Notes under the pieces: model-generated
Databases searched by the model: none
Told to the model about the DNA's origin: nothing
The model's input: only the letters and a program-made list of their open reading frames with translations
Shown here: one piece after another, positions 40,016 to 48,958 of the stretch
How positions within the stretch are numbered: position 1 is the first letter of the stretch
Layout: every line of letters starts with the position of its first letter
Assembly: GCA_963797715.1 (NCBI GenBank)
Contig: CAWCQS010000010.1
Location: forward strand, 27,271 to 91,270
Length of the DNA stretch: 64,000 bases
DNA from: an uncultured Acidobacteriota bacterium
GTDB taxonomy: Bacteria; Acidobacteriota; Vicinamibacteria; Vicinamibacterales; 2-12-FULL-66-21
Reading direction: 5' to 3'
Translations under genes and position numbers: made by a program

Positions 40016-42226
40016 ATGCGACTTCCCGGAGCGTTCGCGGGTCTCGTCGTTCTTTCGCTGTCGCTGCAGAGCCAACCGTCTGCTCAGACTCCAACGAAAT
40101 CCCCCCAAGCCATCACCGCCAACGCCACGGCCATCCTCGTCGATGTCGTGGTCCGTGACAAGAATGGCCGGCCGGTAACCGATCTCACGGCGCAGGACTT
40201 CGTCATCGCCGAGGATGGCGTGGTGCAGCGGGTCGACTCCTTCACGCGCGTGACGAAGGGCGGCGGCATTGGTGTCAGCGTCGCCTGGCGGACTCCAGAC
40301 AGCACGATTGCGGTGACGCCGGCGACAGCGAGTGCTGCAGGCGAATCGGCGGCGGCGACCACTCCCCCGGTCGAGGACGGCACGACGGCGATCGTATTCG
40401 GCCAGCTCTCGTCGGAGTCGCTGCGGCTGGCACAGCGCGCCACGCTCGGCTACATTCCGATGAACGGCGAGTCGAGCGTCCGCGTTGGCGTGTTCAGCGC
40501 CGACCCCGGCATGCGCATGCTGCAGCGCTACACCACCGACCGCGCCGAGGTGCGGCAGGCGGTCGCTCGGGCGATCCCTTCGGCGACGTCGCACCAGGAC
40601 CAATCGGCGGAGCGGCTTGACGAGCTCGTGGCACGTCGGCGGGAGCTGCAGAACGCAGATTCGAGCGCCACGTCAGCCGGCGCCGCCAGCGGCGCCGGGT
40701 TAGCACGCACCGGGGCCGAGGTCGGACAGCGTGAAAACGAACGCCGCCTGATCCAGACCGAGCTCAACATGATTCGGTCGTTCGACGCCATCGATCGCGA
40801 CCACCGAGGCTACGACGTTGCCAACGGTCTGAGAGCCGTTGTCGACACGCTGGCCTCCTACCCCGGACGCAAGACCATCGTCTTTTTTTCTGAGGGACTA
40901 CCTGTCTCGCCGTCGCTCTCCGCCAACCTCGACACGCTCATCGACGCCGCCAACCGCGCCAATGTGACGACCTACGCCGTCGACGCGCACGGCCTGCGCG
41001 CAAAGAGCACCGCCGAGAACGTGCGCAAGGAGATCACCGTCTTTGGCGAAGAGCGTCTGATCATGAACGCGACCGGCGTCACCAAGACGGAGCAGCCGCT
41101 GAGCATGTCGTTCGAGCGCGTCGAAGACATGATGCAGCTCGATTCTCGTGCGGGGCTGGCGCGACTGTCGGATGACACGGGCGGGTTCCTCATCGAAGGA
41201 TCGAACGACCTCTCGTCCGCATTCCGGCGCATCGACGAGGATCACCAGTTCCACTACCTGCTGACCTACGCGCCGACGAACACCGCCTTTGACGGCAAGT
41301 TCAGGTCGATTCGCGTCGAGGTCAAGCGGCCGGGCACACAAGCCTTCGCCCGCAAAGGCTATCGCGCGCTGAATGGCCCGCGCCGCGCGGACGCCGATGG
41401 CTACGACCTTCCGGCGCTGACGTTGCTCGAGCGCACGCCGCCGCCGAACGCGTTCCCGATACAGGCCGCAGGATTCAGCTTCCCCGACGCCGCTCGCCCA
41501 GGGCTGACGCCAATCATCGTGCACGTCGACACCAACGTTCTCCGTTTCGACGTCGACGATCAGCAAGGGACATACTCGGCGCAGGCCGTCGTCGCCGTCC
41601 GCCTGCGAGATGCGGCCGGACATGAGGTCCAGAAATTGACCCAGCAATACCTTGTCGCTGGCGACGCCAAGGACGTGACCGCCGCCCAGCGCGGCGACAT
41701 CATCTTCTATCGCGAGGCCGACCTCGCGCCCGGGGTGTACACGATGGAGGCGATCGTCTATGACGCGGTCGCACAGTCCGGGAGCGTTCGCGTATCGACG
41801 CTGACCGTGCCGGCCATCGATGCCTCCGCGTTCCGCGTCAGCAGCCTCGTAGTGGTGTCGCGAGCGGAGGAAACGAAGAGCGCCGCCGTCGAAGCACCGC
41901 CGACCGCGCCGTTCTACTTCGGCCGCACGCTGCTTTATCCCAATCTCGGCGAGCCGATTCGGAAGTCACTGACCACCGAGCTGTCGTTCTACTTCACGCT
42001 CTACGGGGACGTTTCTGCGGCGAAGGCATCTGCGGTGCTGATGCAGCATGGGAAGGCGCTGGCCGAGGCGCCGGTGCAGCTGCCGCCGGCCACCGGGTCA
42101 CGAGTCCAGCACGTCGGCAAGCTGCCTATTGCTGCCCTGCCAAACGGGACCTACGAGTTGTCGATTCGCGTGACCGACGGCCAGCGGGTGGTGTCACGCA
42201 GTGCGTTTTTTACGGTGGGAGAGTAG
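40016..42226 (+). CDS. VWA-domain protein, tandem paralog of the preceding gene
   Basis: ATG 40016 (GGGAG 8 nt upstream). It reads ILVDVVVRDKNGRPVTDLTAQDFVIAEDGVVQRV, GRKTIVFFSEG and ANRANVTTYAVDAHGL. The C-terminal extension is colinear with the paralog (GDIIFYREADLAPGVYTMEAIVYD, LPNGTYELSIRV). Confidence 0.8.
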   Translation: MRLPGAFAGLVVLSLSLQSQPSAQTPTKSPQAITANATAILVDVVVRDKNGRPVTDLTAQDFVIAEDGVVQRVDSFTRVTKGGGIGVSVAWRTPDSTIAVTPATASAAGESAAATTPPVEDGTTAIVFGQLSSESLRLAQRATLGYIPMNGESSVRVGVFSADPGMRMLQRYTTDRAEVRQAVARAIPSATSHQDQSAERLDELVARRRELQNADSSATSAGAASGAGLARTGAEVGQRENERRLIQTELNMIRSFDAIDRDHRGYDVANGLRAVVDTLASYPGRKTIVFFSEGLPVSPSLSANLDTLIDAANRANVTTYAVDAHGLRAKSTAENVRKEITVFGEERLIMNATGVTKTEQPLSMSFERVEDMMQLDSRAGLARLSDDTGGFLIEGSNDLSSAFRRIDEDHQFHYLLTYAPTNTAFDGKFRSIRVEVKRPGTQAFARKGYRALNGPRRADADGYDLPALTLLERTPPPNAFPIQAAGFSFPDAARPGLTPIIVHVDTNVLRFDVDDQQGTYSAQAVVAVRLRDAAGHEVQKLTQQYLVAGDAKDVTAAQRGDIIFYREADLAPGVYTMEAIVYDAVAQSGSVRVSTLTVPAIDASAFRVSSLVVVSRAEETKSAAVEAPPTAPFYFGRTLLYPNLGEPIRKSLTTELSFYFTLYGDVSAAKASAVLMQHGKALAEAPVQLPPATGSRVQHVGKLPIAALPNGTYELSIRVTDGQRVVSRSAFFTVGE

Positions 42227-42297
42227 CTATCAGCCATCAGCTATCAGCTGTCAGAAAAGAACTTGCTGATAGCTGAGAGCTGGCAGCTGAAAGCTAT
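42225..42297. repeat. Inverted heptanucleotide arrays filling a convergent spacer: (CAGCTAT-like)x4, loop, (GCTGANA-like)x5
   Basis: AGCTATCAGCCATCAGCTATCAGCTGTCAG aaaagaacttg CTGATAGCTGAGAGCTGGCAGCTGAAAGCT. The arms pair at about 24 of 30 positions. The element runs from the stop of one gene (42224..42226) to the stop of the other (42294..42296). Confidence 0.85.
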
Positions 42298-43856
42298 CGC
42301 TTCCGCTGATTGACCCACACATCCACCCAGTCCGTCGGCTTCTTCTCCGGGCCCGCCGGCTTCTTCTCCGAGATCGAGAAGTTGCCAGCGACGATGTCGA
42401 GGTCGCCGTCGGCGTCGACGTCGGCGACGTCGATGGTCGCGTGGCGGGGCGTTCCCATCTCGATCGTGTGCCGAGCGAAGACACCGGGCTTGGTCTGCTC
42501 GAGCCAGACGAGCGCGGGCAGGGTTGATTCGTCTACGTCGGCGCCACCGGCCACCAAGGCGCCGGCGACGACATCGAGGTCGCCGTCGCCATCCATGTCG
42601 GCCGCCAACGCGCGATGCACGCCCGGCATATGCGCGAGCGGGCGATCCACGAACGGATACGAGCCGGTGTTCTCCAGCCACTGGATCCCGTGGTACGGCT
42701 TGACGATCCCGTCGTCGAACGAATCGCCGTGCGTCAGGAGGACATCGAGGTCGCCGTCCTTGTCGATGTCGACGAGCTGAATGCCGGATGAGCCCCAGTT
42801 CGGATGCGGGGCGGCGTAGATGACTTTCTGCTCGAAGGTGAAATCGCCCTTACCCGTGTTGATGTAGGCGATCACCGTCTCGTGCTCCTGTGCGAGCAGC
42901 GTGACGAAGTCGAGCGCCTTGTCGCCGTTCAGGTCAGCCGGAATGATATGGATGGCGCCCGGCCGTCGATCGATCGTGTGGTTGACGAAGTCTGGCTGGG
43001 TCGCCTTCGCCGTGCGGTTCTCGACGATCGTGACGTGCCCGGTTGTCCGCCAGCCGAACGCGGCAACCGCCAGATCCGTCCGTCCGTCGCCGTTGAAGTC
43101 GCCGCCCTCGACGTCGGCGACGCGTGGCCAGCCATCCAGCCAGAAGGCGCTGAACTTGCCCTTGCCGGCAGCACGCAGCCAGATGACCGCGCCTTTGTTG
43201 TGATCGGCCGGATAGAACTCGCCGAGATCGCCGACGAGGAGATCGCTTTGCCCGTCGCCGTCGATGTCGGCGAGCGAGACGTGCGATGGGTGCGGGATGC
43301 TGGCGACGACCGAGAGCGCTGCGTCGGCTCCGCTGAGCGGTCCGCTGAACACCAAACCCTGCCGCATGTCCGTGCCGAGCACATCGAGCCGACCGTCGCC
43401 ATCGAAGTCGAGAACACGCACGTGGGATACCGCTGGGGTCGGCGGCATGTCCTTCATCGTGAGGGTTCGGGAGACGAATTGGATTGGCGATTCGCTGGCA
43501 GGCGGCCACGCGTCTGGCGCCGGCAGGCGTTCAGGCGCGCGGCTCGTGTAAAACGCGAGCGCCGCCTGCATGTCGGGCTGGAGTTGAACCGGGGGCATGC
43601 CCGGCCGTGGCGGCCCGGCCGGTGGAATTCGTTTCTCGCGGATGAATTGCATCCGCTCGACCTCGACGCGCCAGTCGTCGCGCCTCAGGATGTCTGGCGG
43701 CGGAAAGGCGTGGCAGCCGCCGCACGTCGCGCGCACCTGGCGCTCAGTGTCGTCTGGTTGCGAGGCCGGCTGGACGGCGATCGCCAAACCGGTGATGCCG
43801 GTCGAGAGCATGACAACAGTAAGAATCCTGGGGATGAGATGACCGACGGCGGGCAC
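42294..43856 (-). CDS. FG-GAP/VCBS-repeat protein with N-terminal CxxCH heme-binding motif
   Basis: It has an N-terminal TM/signal and RATCGGCHAFPPPDILRRDDW, then repeated DxDGDGxxD(L/V) integrin-like blades (DFDGDGRLDV, DIDGDGQSDL, DFNGDGRTDL, DIDKDGDLDV, DMDGDGDLDV, DVDADGDLDI). Confidence 0.8.
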   Translation of the reverse strand: MPAVGHLIPRILTVVMLSTGITGLAIAVQPASQPDDTERQVRATCGGCHAFPPPDILRRDDWRVEVERMQFIREKRIPPAGPPRPGMPPVQLQPDMQAALAFYTSRAPERLPAPDAWPPASESPIQFVSRTLTMKDMPPTPAVSHVRVLDFDGDGRLDVLGTDMRQGLVFSGPLSGADAALSVVASIPHPSHVSLADIDGDGQSDLLVGDLGEFYPADHNKGAVIWLRAAGKGKFSAFWLDGWPRVADVEGGDFNGDGRTDLAVAAFGWRTTGHVTIVENRTAKATQPDFVNHTIDRRPGAIHIIPADLNGDKALDFVTLLAQEHETVIAYINTGKGDFTFEQKVIYAAPHPNWGSSGIQLVDIDKDGDLDVLLTHGDSFDDGIVKPYHGIQWLENTGSYPFVDRPLAHMPGVHRALAADMDGDGDLDVVAGALVAGGADVDESTLPALVWLEQTKPGVFARHTIEMGTPRHATIDVADVDADGDLDIVAGNFSISEKKPAGPEKKPTDWVDVWVNQRKR

Positions 43857-43886
43857 CGAGCGATGCTAGCACAAGGGTACAATTAG

Positions 43887-43910
43887 GTCCGGCTCAAGCC
43901 GGACACTACA
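43887..43910 (+). repeat. REP-like hairpin GTCCGGC-tcaa-GCCGGAC + ACTACA
   Basis: It has the same stem and tail as 39911..39934. It sits in the 66-bp divergent spacer between the two FG-GAP genes. Confidence 0.6.
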
Positions 43911-43922
43911 CCATACGCCCGC

Positions 43923-45641
43923 ATGACACATCATTCGCTGATCCTCCCGTCCCGTCGGGACGTTCTCCGACTTCTCGCGTTCACCGGTGCATCGACATTC
44001 GGCCCATTGCCGCGGCTCGCGTCGGCGCAGGCGACGAAGCCTCTCTTCGAGGAGATCCCCGCGTCGGCGAGCGGCATCACCTGGGTTCACGACAACGCGA
44101 TGTCGCCGGACCGCCACCTGCCTGAAACGATGGGGCCAGGCGTTGCGTTTTTCGACTACGACAACGACGGCTGGATGGACATCTTCATGGTCAACAGCGG
44201 CGCTGCGGATTTCTATCAGCCGAAGACGCCGCTGAAGAACGCGCTCTACAAGAACAATCGCGATGGCACGTTTACCGACGTCACCGACAAGGCCGGCGTC
44301 GCCGGCGGCCGTGAGTTTGGCATGGGCTGCGCGATTGCCGATTTCGACAACGACGGCTACCAGGACATCCTGGTCACGGCCTACGGCCGCTGCACGCTCT
44401 ACCGCAACAACGGCAACGGCACCTTCACCGACGTCACCGCCAAGTCAGGGCTGGCGAATCCTGGCTGGACGACGAGCGCCGTGTGGTTCGACTACGACAA
44501 CGACGGCCGGCTCGATCTGTTCTTGTGCAGCTTCGTCGAGTGGTCGCTCGGCAACAAGGTTTTTTGCGGCGACAACAAGCTCGGCAAACGTTTCTACTGC
44601 ATCCCGCGTGTCTTCAAGCCGACTCCGAGCCTGCTCTTTCACAACAACGGCGACGGCACGTTCACCGACGTCAGCGACGGCACCGACATCAAGCGCGCGC
44701 TCGGCAAGGCGCTCGGCGTCGTCGCGACCGACGTCAACAACGACGGCCTGCTCGATCTTTTCGTCGCCAACGACACCGTTCAGAATTTTCTGTTCATGAA
44801 CCGTGGCAAGGGCAAATGGGACGAAGTCGGGCTGGCCGCGGAAGTCGGCTTCAGCGTCAACGGCCGGCCGCGCTCGGGCATGGGGGTGGATGCCGCAGAT
44901 ATCGACGGCGACGGCAAGCAGGATCTCTTCGTCGCCAACGTCGATCAGGAAATGTTCTCCCTCTACAAGAACGAAGGTAACGAGTCGTTCTCCGATGTCG
45001 CCGCCTTCCACGGCGTCGCCCAGGCCACACGCCTCCTCAGCGGCTGGGGACTCAAGTTCTTCGACTACGACAACGACGGGCTCGTCGATCTCTTGCTCGC
45101 CAACGGCCACCCGGACGACATGATCGAGAGTTACTCGAAGCAGGTCGGCTACAAGGAGCCGCTCGTGCTGTTTCATCACGACGGCAAGAAGCTGACGAAT
45201 GTCACCGCCCAGGCGGGACCGGTGTTCGAGAAGAAATTCCCGGCGCGCGGCCTGGCCGTCGGCGACTACGACAACGACGGCCGGATTGACGTGCTGATCG
45301 GCAACAACGGCGAGCCGCCAGTGCTGCTCAAGAACAACGCCGCCGACGGCTTTCACTGGCTCGGCGTTCGATTGCAGGGTACGACGTGCAATCGCGACGC
45401 AATCGGCGCGACGATCGCCTGGTCCGCCGGTGGCGTCAAGCGAAGCCGCTTCAAGACCCACGGCGGCAGCTACCTGTCCTCGCACGACACGCGCGAGGTG
45501 CTCGGCATCGGTTCAGCGGCCAAGCTCGACTGGGTCGAGATCAAGTGGCCGGCGCCCAGCACGCGCGTGGAACGGCTCACCGACCTCCCGATCGACCGCT
45601 ACGTCACCATCGTTGAAGGAAAAGGGAAAGTCGAGGGTTGA
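43923..45641 (+). CDS. CRTAC1-family protein (FG-GAP repeats + ASPIC/UnbV C-terminal domain), Tat-type signal
   Basis: It starts [24 protein letters not shown], has repeated [27 protein letters not shown] blades, and ends with C-terminal [32 protein letters not shown]. Confidence 0.85.
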   Translation: MTHHSLILPSRRDVLRLLAFTGASTFGPLPRLASAQATKPLFEEIPASASGITWVHDNAMSPDRHLPETMGPGVAFFDYDNDGWMDIFMVNSGAADFYQPKTPLKNALYKNNRDGTFTDVTDKAGVAGGREFGMGCAIADFDNDGYQDILVTAYGRCTLYRNNGNGTFTDVTAKSGLANPGWTTSAVWFDYDNDGRLDLFLCSFVEWSLGNKVFCGDNKLGKRFYCIPRVFKPTPSLLFHNNGDGTFTDVSDGTDIKRALGKALGVVATDVNNDGLLDLFVANDTVQNFLFMNRGKGKWDEVGLAAEVGFSVNGRPRSGMGVDAADIDGDGKQDLFVANVDQEMFSLYKNEGNESFSDVAAFHGVAQATRLLSGWGLKFFDYDNDGLVDLLLANGHPDDMIESYSKQVGYKEPLVLFHHDGKKLTNVTAQAGPVFEKKFPARGLAVGDYDNDGRIDVLIGNNGEPPVLLKNNAADGFHWLGVRLQGTTCNRDAIGATIAWSAGGVKRSRFKTHGGSYLSSHDTREVLGIGSAAKLDWVEIKWPAPSTRVERLTDLPIDRYVTIVEGKGKVEG

Positions 45642-45679
45642 AGGAGGTGACCACGGCGGCGCCCACGACTGATCGCGGT

Positions 45680-45705
45680 CTGAACTACGGTCGACCGTAG
45701 TTCAG
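45680..45705 (+). terminator. Perfect palindromic hairpin CTGAACTACGG-tcga-CCGTAGTTCAG after the CRTAC1 gene
   Basis: The stem is 11 bp. There is no T-run, so function as a terminator is tentative. Confidence 0.4.
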
Positions 45706-45888
45706 CGTCACTCAATCCCGCCGGCTCATCCGCCGGCATCTGCGATTCTCCGGTGTTTTCGGCCGGAGACGTCGTCGCGTTGTGGCGGAATTTACACTCG
45801 CCCCGCCGTTCCCGGACGGTCGACTGGCCTAAGTTTTGGAGCCTGCTCTTGGGGACACCTCTCACTGCGACACTTTCGGAAGGTCGGC

Positions 45889-46536
45889 ATGATCGCGCGT
45901 CAGCTCCACTCCAGCTCCCCAATCGTTCACGTTGTCGAGGACGACCGTGCGGCCCGTGAGGCCACGGCCCGATTCCTTCGCGCCGCCGGTTACCAGGTCC
46001 GCATCTATGCCACGGCGACCGAGTTTCTCGAAACTGCGCCAATCAACGTTCCAGGCTGCGTCGTCCTCGATCTACAGCTCCCGGGCCTGAGCGGTCTCGA
46101 CCTCCAGCGTGCCCTGGCATATCGGGAGGATCCACCGCCGGTCGTGTTCTTGAGCGGGCGTTCGGGAGTTCAGCAGTCCGTCGAGGCGATGAAGCTCGGC
46201 GCCATCGATTTTCTGACGAAGACCGCTGACGGCCTCGAGCTCCTCGCCGCTGTTTCGAGAGCCATCGCCCGGGACGCCGAAGGTCGCGAGGAGCGGGGAC
46301 GGCTTCGGCTGCTTCGCGATCGTCACGCACGCTTGAGCCCGCGTGAGCGCGAAGTGCTCGCGCATCTCATCAGCGGTCAGTTGAACAAGCAGGTCGGCTT
46401 CGACCTCGGAATCTCCGAGCAGACGACGAAGATTCATAGGCATCGCATCCTCGAGAAGATGCAGGCGCATTCGATTGCCGATCTGGTCCGGATGGCTTCC
46501 GACCTCGGCATCATGCCGATCGGCGCGGTCCGCTAG
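45889..46536 (+). CDS. Response regulator, FixJ/LuxR family
   Basis: It reads VHVVEDDRAAREA..VVLDLQLPGLSGLDL..DFLTK and LSPREREVLAHLISGQLNKQVGFDLGISEQTTKIHRHRILEKM. Confidence 0.9.
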   Translation: MIARQLHSSSPIVHVVEDDRAAREATARFLRAAGYQVRIYATATEFLETAPINVPGCVVLDLQLPGLSGLDLQRALAYREDPPPVVFLSGRSGVQQSVEAMKLGAIDFLTKTADGLELLAAVSRAIARDAEGREERGRLRLLRDRHARLSPREREVLAHLISGQLNKQVGFDLGISEQTTKIHRHRILEKMQAHSIADLVRMASDLGIMPIGAVR

Positions 46537-46575
46537 GGCGCGTCCGACGCCTTTCACAAAAAGACGGCACCGCTC

Positions 46576-47421
46576 GTGACGATAGCCTTGGTTGCGATTG
46601 CCGCCATCCTCGTGCTGGCGGCGCTGTGCGCCACACTGCTCTTCGAGCATCGACGGCGGCGACGTGCCGAAATCCAGGCGCGCCGGTACCTGTCAACAAT
46701 GGCGGATCTCGATCGGCGCGCGGCGATGGGTCAGCTGACAGCGTCGCTGGCACACGAGCTCCATCAGCCCCTGAGCGCAATCCTTCGCAACGCAGAAGCG
46801 GCGGGCATGCTGCTCGATGCTGGTGCGCCGGCTGAGGACCTGCGAGAGATCGTCAACGACATTCGCGCGAGCGACAAACGCGCGGCCCAGATCATCCAAC
46901 GCATGCGTACATTGGTGCAAAAGCACGAGTTCGGAGAAGAGCCGCTTGAACTCAACGATGTCGTGCGCGAAACGATGGAAGTGATTGCGCCCGATGCCGC
47001 ATCGCGTGCCGTTCGTCTGCAACTGGCGCTCGACAAGCCAGCTGCGGTGCTGGTCAGCGGCGACCGCATCCACCTGCAGCAAGTACTGCTCAACCTGGTC
47101 CTCAACGGACTTGACGCCATGGCCGACACGCCCGAGGACGAACGACGGCTCGTCGTGTCAACCGCGGCGCGAAATGGTCAGGTCGACCTGGCGGTACGAG
47201 ACGCCGGGTCAGGCATTGCAGAGCACATCGTGCCGCGCTTGTTCGATCCATTCTTCACGACCAAGCGCGACGGCATGGGCATGGGTCTTTCGGTTGTGCG
47301 CAGCATCGTCGAGGCGCACAACGGCAGGATCGAAGCGCACAACAACGCTGGCCGCGGCGCCACGTTGAGAGTGTCCCTTCCTGTGCGCAAGCCTGATGCC
47401 GCCGCTCCGCTCACGTACTGA
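46576..47421 (+). CDS. Histidine kinase with a single TM and no recognisable sensor domain
   Basis: GTG start and TM IALVAIAAILVLAALCATLLF. The H-box SLAHELHQPLSAI begins only ~55 residues in. The ATPase motifs are LLNLVLNGLDAM, RDAGSGI and GMGMGLSVV. Confidence 0.85.
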   Translation: MTIALVAIAAILVLAALCATLLFEHRRRRRAEIQARRYLSTMADLDRRAAMGQLTASLAHELHQPLSAILRNAEAAGMLLDAGAPAEDLREIVNDIRASDKRAAQIIQRMRTLVQKHEFGEEPLELNDVVRETMEVIAPDAASRAVRLQLALDKPAAVLVSGDRIHLQQVLLNLVLNGLDAMADTPEDERRLVVSTAARNGQVDLAVRDAGSGIAEHIVPRLFDPFFTTKRDGMGMGLSVVRSIVEAHNGRIEAHNNAGRGATLRVSLPVRKPDAAAPLTY

Positions 47422-47481
47422 GCGCGAGTAGCACCAAGAGGCTATCGCACTGCGGCACCGGCGGACGTAGGCTCTGCCACG

Positions 47482-47850
47482 GTGCTGATGATGACGGACC
47501 GCCGGCTCATCGCAGTGGTCGACGACGACGCCGACCTCCTCACCGCCTTCGGGCGCGTCCTGCGGGCTGGTGGTTTCGAGCCGGTTCTCTATGAGTCGGC
47601 CGAACAGTTTCTTGCCTCTCCGCCGGCACGTCCGGTCCATTGCCTCGTGGTCGATGTCAAACTTGGCGGCATGTCCGGGCTCGATTTGCAGCGTCAACTG
47701 AGAGCCGAAGGATCGACGGTGCCGATCGTGGTCATGACCGCGTTCGAGAGCGCGCGCGTCCGGGATGAGGCGTACCGACTGGGATGTGCCGGCGTCCTCG
47801 ACAAGCAAGCCGACATCGACGAGTTTCTCACGCTGATTCGTTCCTTCTAG
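47482..47850 (+). CDS. Single-domain (CheY-like) response regulator
   Basis: It reads IAVVDDDADLLTAF..CLVVDVKLGGMSGLDL..PIVVMTA..LDKQ. The start may be ATG 47488 or 47491 rather than GTG 47482. Confidence 0.85.
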   Translation: MLMMTDRRLIAVVDDDADLLTAFGRVLRAGGFEPVLYESAEQFLASPPARPVHCLVVDVKLGGMSGLDLQRQLRAEGSTVPIVVMTAFESARVRDEAYRLGCAGVLDKQADIDEFLTLIRSF

Positions 47851-47907
47851 TCCGTAGCGCCAAAGTGCTATAGCGGCCGCTCGGTGCCGCTCCTTATATT
47901 GCCAGAC

Positions 47908-48871
47908 ATGACTAGAACCAGTTTCGGGAAGGCCATTGGTAGTGCCACCCTTGTCATTTCGTCTGTACTCGTGACCGCCGCGCCGGCACTGGCGCAGCTG
48001 AACACGCAGCACGTCAAAGGTTCGGTCGGCCTCAAGGCGGGATCGCAGCCACCGCCTGGCGGATACATCGTCGCTCCGCTTCTGTATTTCTATTCGGCCG
48101 ACGAGGTGAAGGACCGTGACGGCCGCACCCTGCCGTTCGACGCCTCGCTCAACGCGTCGATGTTCGGCGCCGGCTACTTGTACGTCACGAAGAAGAAGCT
48201 GCTGGGAGGGGATTACGCGTTCCAGGTGCTCTTCCCCATCGGGGCGAACAATCGGATTCAGGGGACGGAGATCGACCAGAATCCCGGTGCCGGGCTGACG
48301 GACTCGGTGATTGAGCCGCTCAGTCTGGGCTGGCATTTCAAACGAGCCGATGCCAACGCCTATTACCTGCTCTACGTGCCGACCGGTCGCTACACCGATG
48401 GCGCGCAGAACAACACCGGGCTCGGCATGTGGGGCCAGGAGCTGGGGTTTGGCACAACTGCTGTACTTGACCGAAAACAAGGAGTTCCACGCCGCGACAA
48501 TGGCCTCCTTCAATTTTCAGTCGAAAAAGGAAGACAGCGACACCCAGGTCGGCAACGTCATGAACCTCGAGGGCGGCCTGGGCGGCGACTTCCTCAAAGG
48601 AGGTCTGACCGCCGGGCTGGCGTACTACGCGACGTTCAAACTCAGCGACGACACAATCGAAGGGCTGCCGGGAATTCTCATTCGTGGCAAGAACAAGGTG
48701 TTCGCGCTTGGCCCCGAGGCAACGCTGGCGCTGGCGCGAAAGAATACCGTCTACGGCTTTCTTCGCGTCGCCTACCAATGGGAAGTCTACGCGCGCACGA
48801 CGACGCAGGGCGGAGCCTTCTTCGTCACCGCAACGTTCCTGCAGAAGCCACTCAAGCTACCAACGAAATAG
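47908..48871 (+). pseudogene. Outer-membrane transporter of the MetA-pathway/phenol-degradation-like family; one frame break near 48460
   Basis: From ATG 47908 there is a signal peptide (VTAAPALAQ), then GSQPPPGGYIVAPLLYFYSADEVKDRDG.. to ..GQELGFGTT. A +1 shift joins LYLTENKEFHAATMASFNFQSKKEDSDTQVGNVMNLEGGLG..FFVTATFLQKPLKLPTK of ORF 48311..48871. Confidence 0.6.
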
Positions 48872-48958
48872 CGCGACCACTTTACGTGCGAGACCGGCGG
48901 CGGCATCACGTTCCGGTTCCACTGAAGCGCGGTTTTTGCTCGGTCAGGAGGCAAACAT

